This document shows positions 61,053 to 64,000 of a stretch of 64,000 nt of DNA, piece by piece. Location: the NCBI GenBank assembly GCA_030704615.1, contig CM060731.1:69316001-69380000 (forward strand), given 5' to 3'. A model generated the notes under the pieces. That model had not been told where the DNA came from and ran no database searches. It saw only the letters and a program-made list of their open reading frames with translations. Origin of the DNA: Takakia lepidozioides. Lineage: Eukaryota > Plantae > Bryophyta. Position 1 is the stretch's first letter; every line of letters starts with the position of its first letter. The translations under genes were made by a program, and so were the position numbers.

Positions 61053-62183
61053 ATGGACTATATGGCTGGCCGAGTAGCTTCCCTGCGTACTCAACTGCAA
61101 ACGATGGTGAGGGAGATGATGAAGAGCAAAGATGGAATGAAGGGTATGGCTTTGGGCCAAGTGCTTTCCTTGCTCATTACAGGCACTGCGTTCACCTCCT
61201 CGGTCTTAGCTCGCAGGGGCATAGATGCGCCCACTACACAGTCTTTGCTAAATTATGTATTGCTGGCTACAGTGTATGGATGCATATTGATCATCAGGAG
61301 GAAGCAGGTTCAGATCGTTTGGTGGGTCTATCTCCTTTTAGCGACTATTGATGTGGAGGCCAACTATTTAGCAGTGAAAGCCTATCAGTTTACATCGATC
61401 ACTAGTGTGATGCTTCTGGATTGTTGGAGCATTCCATGCGTACTGGTGCTTACATGGCTGGCATTGAAGACACGGTACTCTAATGGGCACTTTGTGGGAG
61501 TGTCAGTCTGTGTTGCAGGCCTGCTGTTTGTGATCTTCTCAGATGTTCATGCAAAAGACAGGTCTGGGGGCAGCAACGTGATTCTTGGGGACATGCTGGT
61601 AGTGGGAGCATCCCTACTCTACGCAATTTCAAATGTGAGTGAGGAATTCGTGGTCAAGAAGGTGGATCCAGTGGAGTTCTTGGCACACCTAGGTTGCTTT
61701 GGTGCGCTGATTAGTGTTTGCCAGCTCTATATATTGGAATGGCATGAGGTTCGCTCTATCCGCTGGACTGCGGGCGCAATCCTTCCCTTTCTGGGTTTTG
61801 CCTTCTCATGCTTTGCCTTCTCGACTCTAGTACCGATTCTTCTGCAGAGGAATGGGTCTGCGATGTTGAACCTCTCCTTGTTAACATCAGACATGTGGGC
61901 AGTTGCTATTCGAGCATTAGCCTTCCATGAATTGGTGGACGGCCTCTACTTCATCGCCTTTGGCATAGTGGCAGGAGGGCTGGTGGTCTATGCTCTCTCT
62001 GGAGATCCTTCGCCTGCGCCCGAGACTGGGCTTACCGCTGCTCGGGACACATACAAGCAGATCAAGCAAGTGGAGATGTCTGGAGATCAGACTGATGCAA
62101 CCAGCTTGGATGAAGGAGGTCCGGAAGAAGAGCTCTCTAGCCTAACAACACCCAAGAGCAAGGTGGGTGACGCCAAAGTCTGA
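61053..62183 (+). CDS. SLC35F: Solute carrier family 35 member F (SLC35F1/F2-like) transporter, no coding introns
   Basis: LGQVLSLLITGTAFTSS, APTTQSLLNY, DVEANYLAVKAYQFTSITSVMLLDCW, NLSLLTSDMWAV; start among several Met codons uncertain. Confidence 0.93.
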   Translation: MDYMAGRVASLRTQLQTMVREMMKSKDGMKGMALGQVLSLLITGTAFTSSVLARRGIDAPTTQSLLNYVLLATVYGCILIIRRKQVQIVWWVYLLLATIDVEANYLAVKAYQFTSITSVMLLDCWSIPCVLVLTWLALKTRYSNGHFVGVSVCVAGLLFVIFSDVHAKDRSGGSNVILGDMLVVGASLLYAISNVSEEFVVKKVDPVEFLAHLGCFGALISVCQLYILEWHEVRSIRWTAGAILPFLGFAFSCFAFSTLVPILLQRNGSAMLNLSLLTSDMWAVAIRALAFHELVDGLYFIAFGIVAGGLVVYALSGDPSPAPETGLTAARDTYKQIKQVEMSGDQTDATSLDEGGPEEELSSLTTPKSKVGDAKV

Positions 62184-63473
62184 TGTGTTGCTTCACATGT
62201 ACGAGGAGGAATTACATACTGGAACCGTAGGACAACATTCACCGCATAAAGTAAGAGGGATCTTATCAAAGGCAATTGGATTCTCGAACGAGATCAATAA
62301 TCTGAGCAGCACTTCCTCAATTAAGGATCGGCTGCCCTTTTCTCCCCAGATTCAATATTTGGCCCACCCCCTTTCTCAGGATTGTCACTCGGAGAGAAAT
62401 AAAGATGGAGCACCCACTCCAATCAGAGCAGACCTAAAAATTACAGAGCACGTCCTCACTTCTCAAAGAAACAAATGGGAGGCACGACCACAGCCTTTTC
62501 TCCTAAATCTCAAGATTGGCAGCTCCATCTCTTCCACAAACTGGCTTGTACAAAATTTCACAAGGGAATAGAGATATGTGGAGCACTTCATACCACCAAC
62601 ATACTTAGATGAGCAACACGGCTTCCCAGCCAAGTATGTCAGCTGGGCGCATGCCCGTTTCAATATGAATGTGCAGATTATTTAAGCGCCATGAAAGACA
62701 CTCCAAAGCTTCCCACCAGATGCCGCAATTCTTTCCTTGGATCCTTGAATGTACACTTTGTATACTTGGCGCTCCTGGCACGAAAGGTGCCCCACCAGCA
62801 CACCGACCACCATGCACTCACTTCCAAAAATGTTCTCTACGAAACTTGTGTGCAAGTTGCTTCCTGGTGAGGATCACCACCATAGCCTTCACACAAACGT
62901 CCGTCGGTTTTTTGGATGGGGCTTTGTTTCTTCCGTCGTCACGTCGTTCGTCGAGTGTCCCAATGGTAGGGATGGAGACGTTAAGATCTACCCACCTTCA
63001 CATTCCCATCATTCTTGCGAAGTCGTGAATTTGATGGTGGGAGGATCCATAGCCTTGCCAGACCGTACTATCGAGTCTTGCTGAATCGGGCCAGATGGGT
63101 TTCTCGATCTTCTTAACTTAGAATTTCTCGATCTCTCTCGATCTCCTTAGAAATTTCTGTCGTCTGATCTCTTGCATGTGTGCTCTCTTGCCAGAAAACG
63201 GCATCTCCTTGCACTTTTGTACCGGACCCATTTTTTCGATCCTCCGCATATTCTGTTGAAGCCTCTTCACAGCCGTTAATGTTCGCTCAGGGTCCAGCGT
63301 CCAGAGTGCAGAGAGCATCCGACTGTGGAGGGTTTTGGAGTATCTATGCATCCCTTCTTCTCTGTGCTAATTTGTACCTGGGAGCCTCCCGTGATGCTCT
63401 CTTTCCATTGATTGCCCATTTTCCATGAGCTGCACGAGTTACGTTCACGAGTTGACAGGCCAAGCTGCACAAG

Positions 63474-63740
63474 ATGCAGGGAGAGTACCATGTAGTGGGA
63501 ATCAAGGCAGGTTCAACAAGCCGAATGCGTCGGCTTCATAAGCAGCTGTCATTTCCTTACAAATGCAACCAGAGTGCTCGCCTATCTTGTTTGATGCTTG
63601 TAGTCTTCCTTCTAGTGGCTACCTGTACCGGATGGGCTACTCACATTGCCAACAAGTGGCCTGGGTATCCGGGTTTCTATTTTCTAAGTATTGGCGATTT
63701 TGGCACGGGATCCGATGTGCAAATGGCTGTTGCTCGTCAG
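63474..63740 (+). CDS. First exon of purple acid phosphatase / ACP5-like metallophosphoesterase (continues beyond window)
   Basis: Hydrophobic leader LMLVVFLLVA, then FLSIGDFGTGSDVQMAVARQ|GT (first GDxG metal-binding motif). Confidence 0.7.
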
Positions 63741-64000
63741 GTGTGGCTTCGCACTTCAATTATTTCCTCGAGTTTCCCCTCCTCCTTCAACTCTTCTTTT
63801 CCAATTGCAGATTTTGATTTTCAAGAGCTTGAATAGAAGGTACTTGAATTGACGATGCCCAACTGATGACCCGCTCTTTGGCATGTAGAATTGGGGTGTA
63901 GAGTTAGACTGGTCTCACCATGGACATCAGTTGCATTGTTTCGAGAGTGGAGCCCGATGAGGTATAGTGCTCGGGAAAAATTCTCTTCCTTGAGTACTGC

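Noticed and set aside
62400-63450. Short ORFs between SLC35F and the phosphatase
   Set aside because: No recognisable motif or consistent splice structure.

Overview
Eukaryotic nuclear DNA from a land plant. The PPR-DYW type and transposon content suggest a seed-free lineage, but this is not provable from the window. Left to right: (1) 1-~10 kb, a decayed Mutator-like (MULE) DNA transposon with two convergent genes, a long Zn-finger/QT-repeat/Ulp1-protease gene (+) and a MULE-DDE/SWIM transposase (-), whose introns and spacer are saturated with a RGACT/AGTCY motif; (2) a scrambled glutamine-dependent NAD+ synthetase pseudogene abutting the transposase start; (3) an intact single-ORF PLS-E-DYW PPR C-to-U editing factor; (4) an unassigned Pro/Ser/Thr-rich gene; (5) intact COX VIIa, IDN2/FDM-like XS-XH and mitochondrial FtsH3/10-like genes; (6) a 42-59 kb zone of broken tandem duplicates of the XS-XH/FtsH/TMEM234 block, invaded by a 5'-truncated LINE, a tRNA-derived SINE, a hAT MITE and a minisatellite; (7) intact TMEM234 and SLC35F coding regions without introns, and the first exon of a purple acid phosphatase. 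Many short 3' ends of one LINE family lie at (TC)n tracts. All exon boundaries, alignments and counts were made by eye; family names come from recognised motifs, not database searches.
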